A stretch of 64,000 nt of DNA, from sequence record OU343168.1; one strand, written 5' to 3'. Below the pieces are notes generated by a model. The model was not told where the DNA came from and made no database searches. It saw only the letters and a list, made by a program, of their open reading frames with translations. Positions 9,651 to 18,608 of the stretch are shown in pieces. Each line of letters opens with the position of its first letter. Position 1 is the stretch's first letter. A program made the translations under genes and the position numbers.

Positions 9651-11621
9651 ATGGGTAAACACTCGCCTGTTGAACGGATTAAATACCTCCATGAACAACT
9701 GACGTATCACGCCCATCTCTATTTCGTCGAGAACCGGAACGAGATCTCTGATGAAGCGTATGATGTGTTGGAGCAAGAACTCAATGAGTTGTACGACCGA
9801 TACCCTGAAATAGCGGCTAAGTTCGATTTCTATAATCGACCCGTTCCTATTCATGAACCCTCCGGGGAAGCCATTCAACCAATACGGTTCGAGGAACCCA
9901 TGCTCAGCTTGAAGAAAGCCTTGAGTGTGGAGGAAGCGGACACGTTCCTGTTGAAGTTCCCGGATGGTACGAACTTCTTTTACGAAGAGAAACTGGATGG
10001 GTTGGCCCTGGAGCTGGTGTATGAACAGGGACAACTGGTCAGTATGAGTACCCGGGGGTCTGGATTAGTCGGGGAAGATGTGACGCATTCCATAGTTCTC
10101 TTCGATGAAGCTACACTTCCTCGTACCTTAAGGACACTCCCTGACCGCCATAAACCCCAGGGGGATCGATTGGTTATTCGGGGTGAAGGGTACATCAGTC
10201 TGGAACGCTTCGATTCTCTTAATGAAACAGGGGGTAAACGGTCCAATCCCCGTAATGCCGTGAGTGGGTGGGTGCGGTCCCTCCCTCAGAACCAACGGGA
10301 GGATATCCGAGGAACGCTGTACTTCGCGGCGTATTACGCCAGTGATCGATTGGGGACGAAAGCCTACTCCGAATTGAGACAGGTTCTCTTAGGTTTAGGG
10401 TTTGGTGTTCCTGAATCTAGGGATTGGATTGCAATCTCAGAGAACCGGAGGGGGAACATTCGTCCGGTGGACGGGATTGTGATTAAAGTCGACAAGTTCA
10501 AGGAACAAGACGCCAGTGGAAATGGGAGTAAATTCCCTCACTGGGCAATTGCTTACAAGTTCCCTGCGGAAGAAGCGTTGGCCCAGGTTGAGGGCTGTAT
10601 CTGGAATACCTCTCGGTTTGGTCGGGTAGTACCGGTGGTCCAGTATACCCCTGTAACGATCCAAGGGGTTATCTGTCAGTCTGCGTCGTTAGATAACTAC
10701 GGTTCGTTTATGGACTTAGGGTTATCAATCGGGGATCGGATTGTTATTACCCGGAACAACGATGTGATCCCTCGGTTGAACCGAGTGGAGGAGTGTGGGG
10801 AAGGAGACCTTCTAGAAGCGCCTACAAGCTGTCCTAGCTGCGATTCTCTCCTAGAGGTAGTGGTGGGTAGGGACAGTTCCGAACTCGTCTGTAACAACGT
10901 CGCAGAGTGCCCTGCGCAGATTGTTATGCGGTGCGTAACGACGTTTGATAAGTTTGGACTGGATGTAGACGGTTTAGGACCCGTGAAGGTCAGTGAATTG
11001 GTTGAGAAAGGATGGGTTAAACAACCGGCTGATATACTTACCCTTCTGGAAGACATTAAGGATCAATGCCTCACCCCGACGACTCGAAGAGGTTTGGAGC
11101 GTGTCCTTCAGGAACCCGTTCCTTTACATCGCTTCTTAAAGGCGTTGGGTATCCCGGATATTGGGATCACTTTGGCTAAACGCCTAGCCAACGCCATCCC
11201 TGAAGGGAAGATCGAAGAATCCCTTACCAATCCTAAGTTCCTACAAAGTGTACGAGGGGTTTCAGTGGGGATTGCTTACCGGGTCGTGAACGCGTTCGAC
11301 TCCCCGGTCTTTAAGGACAACTTCCACGCCCTAAAAGGTTTGTTAACTCTCCAGTACACCGGAACGCAGGACGACTGCATTAAAGTCTGTATTACCGGCA
11401 ACATTGGACCTTCCCGAGGAGAACTCTGTAACCTGTTCGCTAAGGAAGGGATTGAACTCAGTGATCGGCTTACCCAGGACTGTGCCTTCGTCATTGTGGG
11501 TGATCGTCCTGGTAAATCGAAACTGTTAATTGCAACCGAATCGGGTATACCTATGCTAATTGCAAAGGATTATTCGAGCATTGGCTCCCTCATTCAGTTC
11601 ATTAAAGGACACCGAGAATGA
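9651..11621 (+). CDS. ligA: NAD-dependent DNA ligase
   Basis: N-terminal Ia domain (YFVEN..ISDEAYD), KLDG adenylation motif, DGIVIK, AIAYKF, OB fold, Zn finger CPSC...CNNVAEC, HhH motifs, BRCT (CITG). Confidence 0.95.
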   Translation: MGKHSPVERIKYLHEQLTYHAHLYFVENRNEISDEAYDVLEQELNELYDRYPEIAAKFDFYNRPVPIHEPSGEAIQPIRFEEPMLSLKKALSVEEADTFLLKFPDGTNFFYEEKLDGLALELVYEQGQLVSMSTRGSGLVGEDVTHSIVLFDEATLPRTLRTLPDRHKPQGDRLVIRGEGYISLERFDSLNETGGKRSNPRNAVSGWVRSLPQNQREDIRGTLYFAAYYASDRLGTKAYSELRQVLLGLGFGVPESRDWIAISENRRGNIRPVDGIVIKVDKFKEQDASGNGSKFPHWAIAYKFPAEEALAQVEGCIWNTSRFGRVVPVVQYTPVTIQGVICQSASLDNYGSFMDLGLSIGDRIVITRNNDVIPRLNRVEECGEGDLLEAPTSCPSCDSLLEVVVGRDSSELVCNNVAECPAQIVMRCVTTFDKFGLDVDGLGPVKVSELVEKGWVKQPADILTLLEDIKDQCLTPTTRRGLERVLQEPVPLHRFLKALGIPDIGITLAKRLANAIPEGKIEESLTNPKFLQSVRGVSVGIAYRVVNAFDSPVFKDNFHALKGLLTLQYTGTQDDCIKVCITGNIGPSRGELCNLFAKEGIELSDRLTQDCAFVIVGDRPGKSKLLIATESGIPMLIAKDYSSIGSLIQFIKGHRE

Positions 11622-12925
11622 CTGTTAAAACTGACACCAACGACCAACAACACACTACCACCGACCCGGTAGTAGCAATGAAACTCAAGAAGGCCGAGAA
11701 GGCTCTGAAACACTCCAAGGAACTGGGTAAGAAGATGAAACACGACAAGGAACAGTTGGATAAGAAATCCATTACCCAACCCACTGAGAATAAAGAGTAC
11801 CGTTCCGCCCCTGAGCCTTCTAAGCCCAAGGTGGTGGTTGACGGTAAGGAACTGGTGGCTCTCGATACCAAGCCGTACGGCGAATGGATCCGTTCCAAAG
11901 AAGGACACGATATTTTTGGGAATACATTCTGGTCAGTAGGTGTAACCGCGGAAATCGCCCTCTTCTCTCATTTCAAGACAACTTTTTGCGGAGTTGAACT
12001 CGATCTCTTGGTCGACTCCTATTCTGAAGTTACGCTGGAAACCCCTACTGACGTTCCTTTCCTTAACGTCAGTAAGCGTAAGGGGAGTGCTGTGGTAGTC
12101 AACTCGGTGGTTAATCGTTGTGAGTTTGAAGGGGAGAATTGTCTTCTGAATGTCGAGATTAACGACTGTGTGGTTAACAAGAGCAAGGTCGTTCGTACAC
12201 GATCGACCGAATTGCGACCAATCGACGAACTGATCGACTTCCCAAAAAGAGCGGATGTATTTAGACGAGGGGTCGATCAACGCGCCCGGTACAACGACTG
12301 CCGTTTCATCGAATCCGAGATTAAAGATTCTCCCATCAATGGCAAGGGCTTAGTGAAAGAGTCGTATGTGGATCGTACCCACATTACCGCTGGGAAGTTT
12401 GCCATCGTTAAATCGCATCTTACCACCACCACCCTCACCGCATCCATGCTGTCTCTCTCGAAAGCTTACCTTCATGGTTGTTACTTGAGCGTTTCTGAAA
12501 CGCTGATCCTTCGCAACTTCACCCTCCGGAATAAGACGCTTTACATGAGGTCACTCTACGCGCCTAATAAACTGGGTCTTACGGAGATCGAACTTCCGTT
12601 CCATCCTCAAAATCTTATTCTGCACCGCACCTCAAAAACACAGTATGTAATCTCCATCCGCTCGGGTGGTTCGTCCGGCCTTGAACTGGGGAGCGACGTA
12701 ACTTGGGAAGAACTCAGTGAAAAACTGGGTGAACTCTTGATAAAAACCCCGATGGTCAATAACGAGATCTCTGAAGACGGACTCCTCTTCAAAAGCATCT
12801 TGAATTATGTCCTGAAGTCGGTGATTTCTCGGATGAAGATCATCAAGTTGATGGACGATGTGATGGCTGTTAACCGTAGTATCACATCAGATTTCGAGGA
12901 TCCTGAGTCCGTCCCGTATTGTTAG
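11618..12925 (+). CDS. Hypothetical protein, Lys-rich N-terminus and probable beta-solenoid
   Basis: ATGA overlap with ligA; periodic short beta-strand patterns (VVNSVVNRCEF, VEINDCVVNKSKV, SHLTTTTLTASMLSL). Confidence 0.6.
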   Translation: MTVKTDTNDQQHTTTDPVVAMKLKKAEKALKHSKELGKKMKHDKEQLDKKSITQPTENKEYRSAPEPSKPKVVVDGKELVALDTKPYGEWIRSKEGHDIFGNTFWSVGVTAEIALFSHFKTTFCGVELDLLVDSYSEVTLETPTDVPFLNVSKRKGSAVVVNSVVNRCEFEGENCLLNVEINDCVVNKSKVVRTRSTELRPIDELIDFPKRADVFRRGVDQRARYNDCRFIESEIKDSPINGKGLVKESYVDRTHITAGKFAIVKSHLTTTTLTASMLSLSKAYLHGCYLSVSETLILRNFTLRNKTLYMRSLYAPNKLGLTEIELPFHPQNLILHRTSKTQYVISIRSGGSSGLELGSDVTWEELSEKLGELLIKTPMVNNEISEDGLLFKSILNYVLKSVISRMKIIKLMDDVMAVNRSITSDFEDPESVPYC

Positions 12926-12934
12926 TACACAACA

Positions 12935-12966
12935 CCTCACTCCCCAGGTAATCCTGGGGAGTGAGG
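12935..12966 (+). terminator. Hairpin
   Basis: 14-bp stem CCTCACTCCCCAGG. Confidence 0.65.
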
Positions 12967-13005
12967 GTTTAATTGCCTACTTACCTGTAAAAGGGAGGTT
13001 AACGA

Positions 13006-13497
13006 ATGTCCAAAACAAAGAGGAATGACCGATATGTCATTTATACCGATGGGAGTGCGTTAGGGAATCCAGGTCCGGGCGGTTACGGTGTTTACGCTAA
13101 ATACAAAGGGGAAGAATTCTCCCTGAGTAAAGGGTATTACAAAACCACTAACAACCGCCAAGAACTCATGAGTGTGATTGCAGCCCTGGAAGAGTTTGGT
13201 CCTAATATCAAAGTGGACATCTTCACTGACTCCCAATACGTCATTAAGTGTGCTACTAAATGGATGAGAGGATGGATACGGAACAACTGGATGGGGTATA
13301 ACTCTGGGCAACCGGTTAAGAACCGCGATCTGTTGGAAGTCCTCAATGAACTCTTGAAGAAGAATAAGGTAAAGTTCCATTGGGTTAAAGGTCACTCTGG
13401 GGATGAAGGGAATGAAAAGGCAGACCAATTAGCCAAGGATGCTGCCAATAATCCGGAAGCCCACGATATGGAATACATGAAAGTCTTAGGGTTCTAA
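13006..13497 (+). CDS. rnhA: Ribonuclease HI
   Basis: YTDGSALGNPGPGG, TTNNRQEL, TDSQYV, WVKGHSG..GNEKADQLA: all catalytic DEDD residues present. Confidence 0.95.
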   Translation: MSKTKRNDRYVIYTDGSALGNPGPGGYGVYAKYKGEEFSLSKGYYKTTNNRQELMSVIAALEEFGPNIKVDIFTDSQYVIKCATKWMRGWIRNNWMGYNSGQPVKNRDLLEVLNELLKKNKVKFHWVKGHSGDEGNEKADQLAKDAANNPEAHDMEYMKVLGF

Positions 13498-13522
13498 TCA
13501 ATCAACCGTGGAGATTCACGCT

Positions 13523-14761
13523 ATGAAAAGCTTTATTGATGTATCAGTAGTAGAAGATGGGGGTAAACAGTTCCTCTTCGGTATTACTGCGAATCAAAAG
13601 ACAGGACGACCCGAAGTCGTAGGATATACCGATCCTGATTATTTCAGAGAGGGTGCTGACCGTGTGTTTGAACAGCTTATCCGGGGAGAACAACGAAAGG
13701 AAGCGAATATTAAGCTCCAGTTGGCCTTTATTAAGGCGGTCAAGGAACATCCCGGTAAACAACTGCAACTCACGCTTTGCTACAGCGCAAATGGACCGTC
13801 AGCTGGAGAATTTTATTGGGTGGAGGATCGGTGTTATACAGTTGACGGAGCGTCCTTCCTATCGAAAGAACCAGTGTGCATCTATCATAAGAACTGTCTG
13901 GATGGTACTGCGGCAGCTTGGGCGGTAAGACGTGCACTCCCCTTGGTTGAATTGGTGGCTATGAGCTATCATGATGATCCGTACGAACTCTTTGGCCCGG
14001 GGTTGGAGTATCTACAAGGGAGAATGGTCTATTGTGTTGATTTCAGTTTTAAGAAAGCAGTTGTAGAAGCGATTGCTAATCTACCGGATACAGTCTTGAT
14101 AATCTTGGATCATCACGAGAGTGCTCAACGGGAACTGGGTGAACTCGTCGTTGTTTATTCCGGGAAATCAACGCTGGGTGATCGGGTTGAGATTATCATC
14201 GATATGACACGTTCAGGCGCTAAGTTGACGTACGACTACTTCCACCCTCAACAACCGACGCCTCCGGGTATTCTGGCAGTACAAGATCGGGATCTGTGGA
14301 AATGGGAGTACGAAGGCAGTAAGGAATGGACCGCAGCCGCCTTTGGGTATCCCCTCACCGTTGAGAGTTTCGATAAACTGATTCATCGGGATTACCAAGA
14401 CGTGGTAGAAGAAGGTCGTACCGTCCTTCGTAAGCAGGAATTGGATGTTGAGAAACTGCTCCCGAGTGCGCGGCCTTACACGTTGGAGGGTTACAACTGC
14501 TTGATTGTTAATGCCAGTTATTTCCACGCCAGTGATGTAGGGGATAAACTGAAGGGTCGAGACGGTATTGACTTTGTAGTCACTTACATGGATGGTAAGG
14601 ATAGCCGTATCTTCTCTCTACGGGGTAAGGATAAAGTGAATCTAGCGGAAGTGGCTGAACGTTTTGGAGGAGGCGGCCACCCTAACGCAGCGGGGTTTTC
14701 ACTCTCCTACGACGATCCCCGTTTCTCCCAGTCACACCTGTTACTGTATTCCGGTACTTAA
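13523..14761 (+). CDS. DHH/DHHA1 phosphoesterase with an extra N-terminal domain of about 110 aa
   Basis: IYHKNCLDG, VYCVDFS, ILDHH, SGA, QDRDLW, SLR, FGGGGHPNAAGF; SD GGAG before ATG 13523. Confidence 0.85.
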   Translation: MKSFIDVSVVEDGGKQFLFGITANQKTGRPEVVGYTDPDYFREGADRVFEQLIRGEQRKEANIKLQLAFIKAVKEHPGKQLQLTLCYSANGPSAGEFYWVEDRCYTVDGASFLSKEPVCIYHKNCLDGTAAAWAVRRALPLVELVAMSYHDDPYELFGPGLEYLQGRMVYCVDFSFKKAVVEAIANLPDTVLIILDHHESAQRELGELVVVYSGKSTLGDRVEIIIDMTRSGAKLTYDYFHPQQPTPPGILAVQDRDLWKWEYEGSKEWTAAAFGYPLTVESFDKLIHRDYQDVVEEGRTVLRKQELDVEKLLPSARPYTLEGYNCLIVNASYFHASDVGDKLKGRDGIDFVVTYMDGKDSRIFSLRGKDKVNLAEVAERFGGGGHPNAAGFSLSYDDPRFSQSHLLLYSGT

Positions 14762-14929
14762 ATGGACACTCACACACTGTTCTTAATCATTGACCTGGTA
14801 GGTAAATCCGTTTTTATTGGTGACTTAGTGACTCGCGTGGACGACCATCGACTTATGAAGTCTATCCGATATTTGGAGAATCGGAAGGTGATTAAAACAG
14901 TTACGGTTACCCAATGTTTACGTAACTAA
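14762..14929 (+). CDS. Small hypothetical protein (55 aa), absent from ORF track
   Basis: ATG directly follows the DHH stop; translates MDTHTLFLIIDLVGKSVFIG...TQCLRN; followed by a terminator. Confidence 0.55.
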   Translation: MDTHTLFLIIDLVGKSVFIGDLVTRVDDHRLMKSIRYLENRKVIKTVTVTQCLRN

Positions 14930-14949
14930 CAGGTATTCCATTTGATGGG

Positions 14950-14997
14950 GGGTGGTTAGTATACAGGCTAACCACCCTGTTCTCTCTATTTTTTTTT
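14950..14997 (+). terminator. Intrinsic terminator with T-tract
   Basis: GGGTGGTTAG/CTAACCACCC then a T run. Confidence 0.7.
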
Positions 14998-15010
14998 CGG
15001 GATAAGTGGA

Positions 15011-15436
15011 ATGAATAATTACGGGTATGTGGATGTGTCCTTGGTAGGACCTGAAGTAGAGGAAATCTTTGGCTTGCTCTTGGAGTGTGGTATTGCACCG
15101 GCTGCGGAGTATAACCTGCATTGTACCCTGATGTACGATGAACAGGCAGAAGAACCGCTGGTGAAACTGAATCCTGATGCGAAATTCACCGCCTACGTGA
15201 CAGGGATTGATGTACTGGGAGATGGATTGGTGTTTAACCTTACCAGCAAAGACCTCGCTGATGAACACCGCAGGTTGAAAGACGGTGGATATACCCATTC
15301 CTTTGATGCCTTCTTACCGCACATGTCTGTCACCTATGACTTCGATGAATACGACATGTTGAAAGTGAAGCAAGCTTTCGCAACCTGGGGTGGTCGACAA
15401 CTCACCTTCAGTAAAGAATCGTTCGGAACCAAATAA
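15011..15436 (+). CDS. acb1: 2H phosphoesterase, Acb1 (T4 gp57B)-like anti-CBASS nuclease candidate
   Basis: Two HxT/S motifs (H37-C-T39, H104-M-S106); GYV start, L-x2-L-x-S-x2-L-x3-H and G-Y-THSFD-x-F-x-PH match my recollection of T4 57B. Confidence 0.75.
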   Translation: MNNYGYVDVSLVGPEVEEIFGLLLECGIAPAAEYNLHCTLMYDEQAEEPLVKLNPDAKFTAYVTGIDVLGDGLVFNLTSKDLADEHRRLKDGGYTHSFDAFLPHMSVTYDFDEYDMLKVKQAFATWGGRQLTFSKESFGTK

Positions 15437-15445
15437 GACCCGATA

Positions 15446-15475
15446 CTACCCCTACCCTTGACCGGGTAGGGGTAG
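15446..15475 (+). terminator. Hairpin after the acb1-like gene
   Basis: CTACCCCTACCC/GGGTAGGGGTAG. Confidence 0.7.
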
Positions 15476-15512
15476 GTTTAAGGGAGTAAAAAATTAAGTT
15501 AAGGAATGAAAC

Positions 15513-15532
15513 AAACCTACATTACCAGGGTG
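15513..15532 (+). promoter_or_regulatory. Early promoter motif AAACCTACATTAC-N4-GTG
   Basis: Intergenic, after a hairpin, before 15599. Confidence 0.75.
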
Positions 15533-15598
15533 AATAGACAACGGGATTGTTTGCAGGTAAGTGACTTTCCCTTCTAAAGACAGAAAAGGGTTATAAAG

Positions 15599-16813
15599 AT
15601 GAGCGTGACTACTGACTTCAATGCCGCCCTGGCGAATGTCTTGAGTGACATCGGTGAAAAGACAGACCGTGAGGAGATCCTGTCGATCATCTACCACCAC
15701 CTCTTCGACGAGACGCGTTTCAATAAATCAAAGCGTCCGTCTGCGCTGAAGAAGATCAACGAGGCGACTCGTTCCCGGTTTACGATGAACGACGTTCGTC
15801 ACGCCGGTAAGAAACCGGAGAAGTTGATCGTAACGGATAAACTGTCCGGTCATGTTGACATTCCCGTCCGTGTGATGGGTGAAGTGAATGAACAGGCCTC
15901 GCAGGCAGAGACTGTTCCGGCAACCCCCACTGAAACTGATGCAATGACCCACCTGGAGAACACCATGAAAGAAGAAAACCAACCGCTCGCCCAACAACTC
16001 CTGGAACGATCCCAAGGTGCCCGCGCCGCCTATGAAGAACAGGCGGGGGCTTCCAGCTGGTCCGACAGCAATGACAGCGACGAGGTCGTCGAGGTACTGG
16101 GGGTGACCTTCAAGGCCGATAACATCCTGTCCTACACCATCGACGCCTGGCTGATCAACGGCGGTCTCCCGACTCACCTGAAGACCGAACTGGAAGAGCT
16201 CGTCAAGAGTCAAGACCACTCGTCCCCGGCGGGTGCGCTCCGTGCCTTCCTGGACGACCACCCCGAACTCAGCCAGGAGTTCATCAATCAGTACAGCAAG
16301 GCGGTAAAAGACATCAACGCCACCGGCGTGGAAGCTGAAAAGGCGCGCCGTGATGCGGCTAAAGCCCAACGGCAAGCGCCGGGTACCTTCAAGGAACGTG
16401 TCGTTTACACCCTCCGGGGCGGTCGTGAAGAAGGCTTCGGTTCCGGCGCGGTGGCGGCCGCTGCGGCGATCATCGGCGGCGGTGTCGAAATGGCGTCGCG
16501 TGGGAATGTGAGCATCGGTTCGGTTGTGGGTACGGGTCTGGGTGCAGCGGCCAGTTACTTCGCGGCTGAGAAGGCTGAAAGCCTCATGAAGAGCGAACCG
16601 GGTCGTTACATCGTGAGTGGTTCGATCGGTCTGATCCTGGGTGGGGCGGGTTCCAACCTCGGACGTACCACTCAAGGCCTTCTGGGCTTCGGTCCTCAGC
16701 AGCCCCAAGGCGAGCCCGTAGCGGCGGTTTCCGTTCGGGAGCAGGTCACGGCGCAACCGGAACCGGTTCCTCAATCCCAGGGTATTCTGGCCACGGTAGC
16801 TGCCCTGTTCTAA
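15599..16813 (+). CDS. Hypothetical early protein with C-terminal glycine-zipper hydrophobic segments
   Basis: Behind promoter 15513; strongly C/G-ending codons; AVAAAAAIIGGG, VVGTGLGAAA, SGSIGLILGGAG segments. Confidence 0.75.
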   Translation: MSVTTDFNAALANVLSDIGEKTDREEILSIIYHHLFDETRFNKSKRPSALKKINEATRSRFTMNDVRHAGKKPEKLIVTDKLSGHVDIPVRVMGEVNEQASQAETVPATPTETDAMTHLENTMKEENQPLAQQLLERSQGARAAYEEQAGASSWSDSNDSDEVVEVLGVTFKADNILSYTIDAWLINGGLPTHLKTELEELVKSQDHSSPAGALRAFLDDHPELSQEFINQYSKAVKDINATGVEAEKARRDAAKAQRQAPGTFKERVVYTLRGGREEGFGSGAVAAAAAIIGGGVEMASRGNVSIGSVVGTGLGAAASYFAAEKAESLMKSEPGRYIVSGSIGLILGGAGSNLGRTTQGLLGFGPQQPQGEPVAAVSVREQVTAQPEPVPQSQGILATVAALF

Positions 16814-16870
16814 GCAATACGGAATAACAGCGAACATGATTAAACTCAGTTAATCGACTGACGGTGCTCG

Positions 16871-16896
16871 ACTACGAGGGGTTATTCCCTCGTAGT
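16871..16896 (+). terminator. Hairpin
   Basis: ACTACGAGGG/CCCTCGTAGT. Confidence 0.65.
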
Positions 16897-16922
16897 TGGG
16901 TATTCGTTCTCTATTTTTTAAT

Positions 16923-16942
16923 ACACCTACATCATTCTTGTG
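16923..16942 (+). promoter_or_regulatory. Early promoter motif ACACCTACATCAT-N4-GTG
   Basis: Intergenic, after a hairpin. Confidence 0.7.
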
Positions 16943-16977
16943 TAATAAGAGTGTTTATTTTTGTTAGAGGTAAGGTT

Positions 16978-17298
16978 GTGAACACATCCTACACACCACA
17001 TAAACCCCTCCAGTTCAGCCATCAGTTCTTCTACACCATGGGGTATAAGGCTGGGTACTACGGAGCTCCACTCGAATTCAAGGATTACTCCTTGTCTTCG
17101 TGCCAATTCAATTGCCTCTACTTGGGGTATATCCACGGGTATTCTGAGAAGAGAAAGAAAGGGATTTGGAATTTCCTTAAGAATGTCTACCTTAAAGTGC
17201 GGTATGAAAGAACCCCTATCGGGGATTCCCAAGTCCAGTTTGAGAAGGACTACGGTCATATCCCCCAGATTCGTTATCACCTTAATCCATCCGAATAA
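16978..17298 (+). CDS. Hypothetical protein
   Basis: GTG after GAGG/AAGG SD, downstream of promoter 16923 (track start extends through the terminator). Confidence 0.6.
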   Translation: MNTSYTPHKPLQFSHQFFYTMGYKAGYYGAPLEFKDYSLSSCQFNCLYLGYIHGYSEKRKKGIWNFLKNVYLKVRYERTPIGDSQVQFEKDYGHIPQIRYHLNPSE

Positions 17299-17313
17299 GC
17301 GAGGTTGATATTA

Positions 17314-17910
17314 ATGGACATGTATGTCAACGATCCGACACTTCCTAACTTCGATCAAGAGATCCGGGCGCTCCAGTACCTTAAAGACCATTTTACCCGT
17401 AATCCCAAGAAGATGAAGAAGGTCTGCATGAGGATGTTGCCTGAACTCCCTGAGTTCATTCGGGACACCTTTATTAGCAACATTGTTCTGGGGAAAGATC
17501 CTATTCACTGGCTGGAACACGCATTCGCTGAAATGGACCAGTATCCTGTCTTAATGAAACAGTTCATTGAGGAAGGGAACCATGGGATGATCTTTGATAA
17601 GGGAACCCTCTATGGTTTCAGCCTGAAGACCAACCCGAAGTGGTTGAGTAACCAAGATGGGGAATGGGACCCTGAGGAAGAGCAGGCGATTATCGATCAG
17701 GCGCTGAATGCATGGATGGTTAAGGAGCGTCGTCGAAGCTTCCGAGGGCGTATTGTGCTCTTCCAAGACTTTGGGTTCTCCGGGATTACGTTCCTGGTCG
17801 ATCACGCTTTTACGGATGAATACTGGGAGGAATGTCAGAAACAATGGGAACTGGAGGATAAACGCCAGTTGGATGAGGAACTCAGGACACTTCTCTCTAA
17901 GGCAGGTTAA
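17314..17910 (+). CDS. Hypothetical protein
   Basis: SD GAGG then ATG; operon-like spacing. Confidence 0.7.
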   Translation: MDMYVNDPTLPNFDQEIRALQYLKDHFTRNPKKMKKVCMRMLPELPEFIRDTFISNIVLGKDPIHWLEHAFAEMDQYPVLMKQFIEEGNHGMIFDKGTLYGFSLKTNPKWLSNQDGEWDPEEEQAIIDQALNAWMVKERRRSFRGRIVLFQDFGFSGITFLVDHAFTDEYWEECQKQWELEDKRQLDEELRTLLSKAG

Positions 17911-17911
17911 G

Positions 17912-18373
17912 ATGGCACACAGTAAAAAGGAATACGGGTTTATCCATCAGTTTCTGAATGAACCGGTTGAGGATCACCGGCCGCTGGAGGCTCACTATTT
18001 CCCTCAGGTGGATGAACCCACCATATTCCATTTGTTCCCAGTCCCTTCTCCCGCACCTCCGAAAACACTAATTTCGAATATATGGTGCTGGTGGCTCATT
18101 GACTCTCACCATCGGAAGATGGGGAAGTGTTTAACACAGCACGACATTTCGGAAATCTCTTTAAAAACGTATTGGGATGTTGTGTCGACAATAGAACGAA
18201 AAGAGCGTTTCTGGGAGATTCCTCCTCAAACAAAAACACCGTTACGATTTCTCAGCCAGGGTTGGGTTATGTATATGTGTATCGAAGAAAACATGACCCC
18301 CAGGGAAGCGATGATTCTTGGTTATTCTCTACTGGATCTGAAGAATAAACGATGGGGATGCCATGAAACCTAA
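17912..18373 (+). CDS. Hypothetical protein
   Basis: ATG 1 nt after previous stop, in the frame of track ORF 17708-18373. Confidence 0.65.
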   Translation: MAHSKKEYGFIHQFLNEPVEDHRPLEAHYFPQVDEPTIFHLFPVPSPAPPKTLISNIWCWWLIDSHHRKMGKCLTQHDISEISLKTYWDVVSTIERKERFWEIPPQTKTPLRFLSQGWVMYMCIEENMTPREAMILGYSLLDLKNKRWGCHET

Positions 18374-18527
18374 AGTTGAACGCTCCAAGGTTCCCTATAA
18401 CCCCTTCTTAACCTTTCCTGAATACCTTATCGCTACCGATGTGAAGTTACAGGTTAAAGTGTTTAAGAAGGAATTGGAACGGATTAAGGATGATCCCACC
18501 CACGAACTGAATACCTTGGTCCTGTAA
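18363..18527 (+). CDS. Small hypothetical protein (54 aa), absent from ORF track
   Basis: MKPKVERSKVPYNPFLTFPE...NTLVL; overlaps previous stop; followed by a hairpin. Confidence 0.5.
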   Translation: MKPKVERSKVPYNPFLTFPEYLIATDVKLQVKVFKKELERIKDDPTHELNTLVL

Positions 18528-18608
18528 GACTCCCCAACCACCCCACCCTGTAAAGGAGTTGGGGTGGTGAGTATTTATTTCTTTTTAGTTTAAAACGTAT
18601 TTATTCTC

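Noticed and set aside
14525-14540. Minus-strand match CTACATCAC-N4-GTG inside the DHH gene (possible antisense promoter)
   Set aside because: Lacks the upstream purine-rich bases and is intragenic; a rough estimate gives about 0.4 chance matches on both strands of 64 kb.
15728-16837. 369-aa antisense ORF (also 24683-25912, 26692-27309, 40222-41073, 43033-43989)
   Set aside because: Each is in exact codon register with a well-supported sense gene, has no SD or motifs, and is explained by codon bias.
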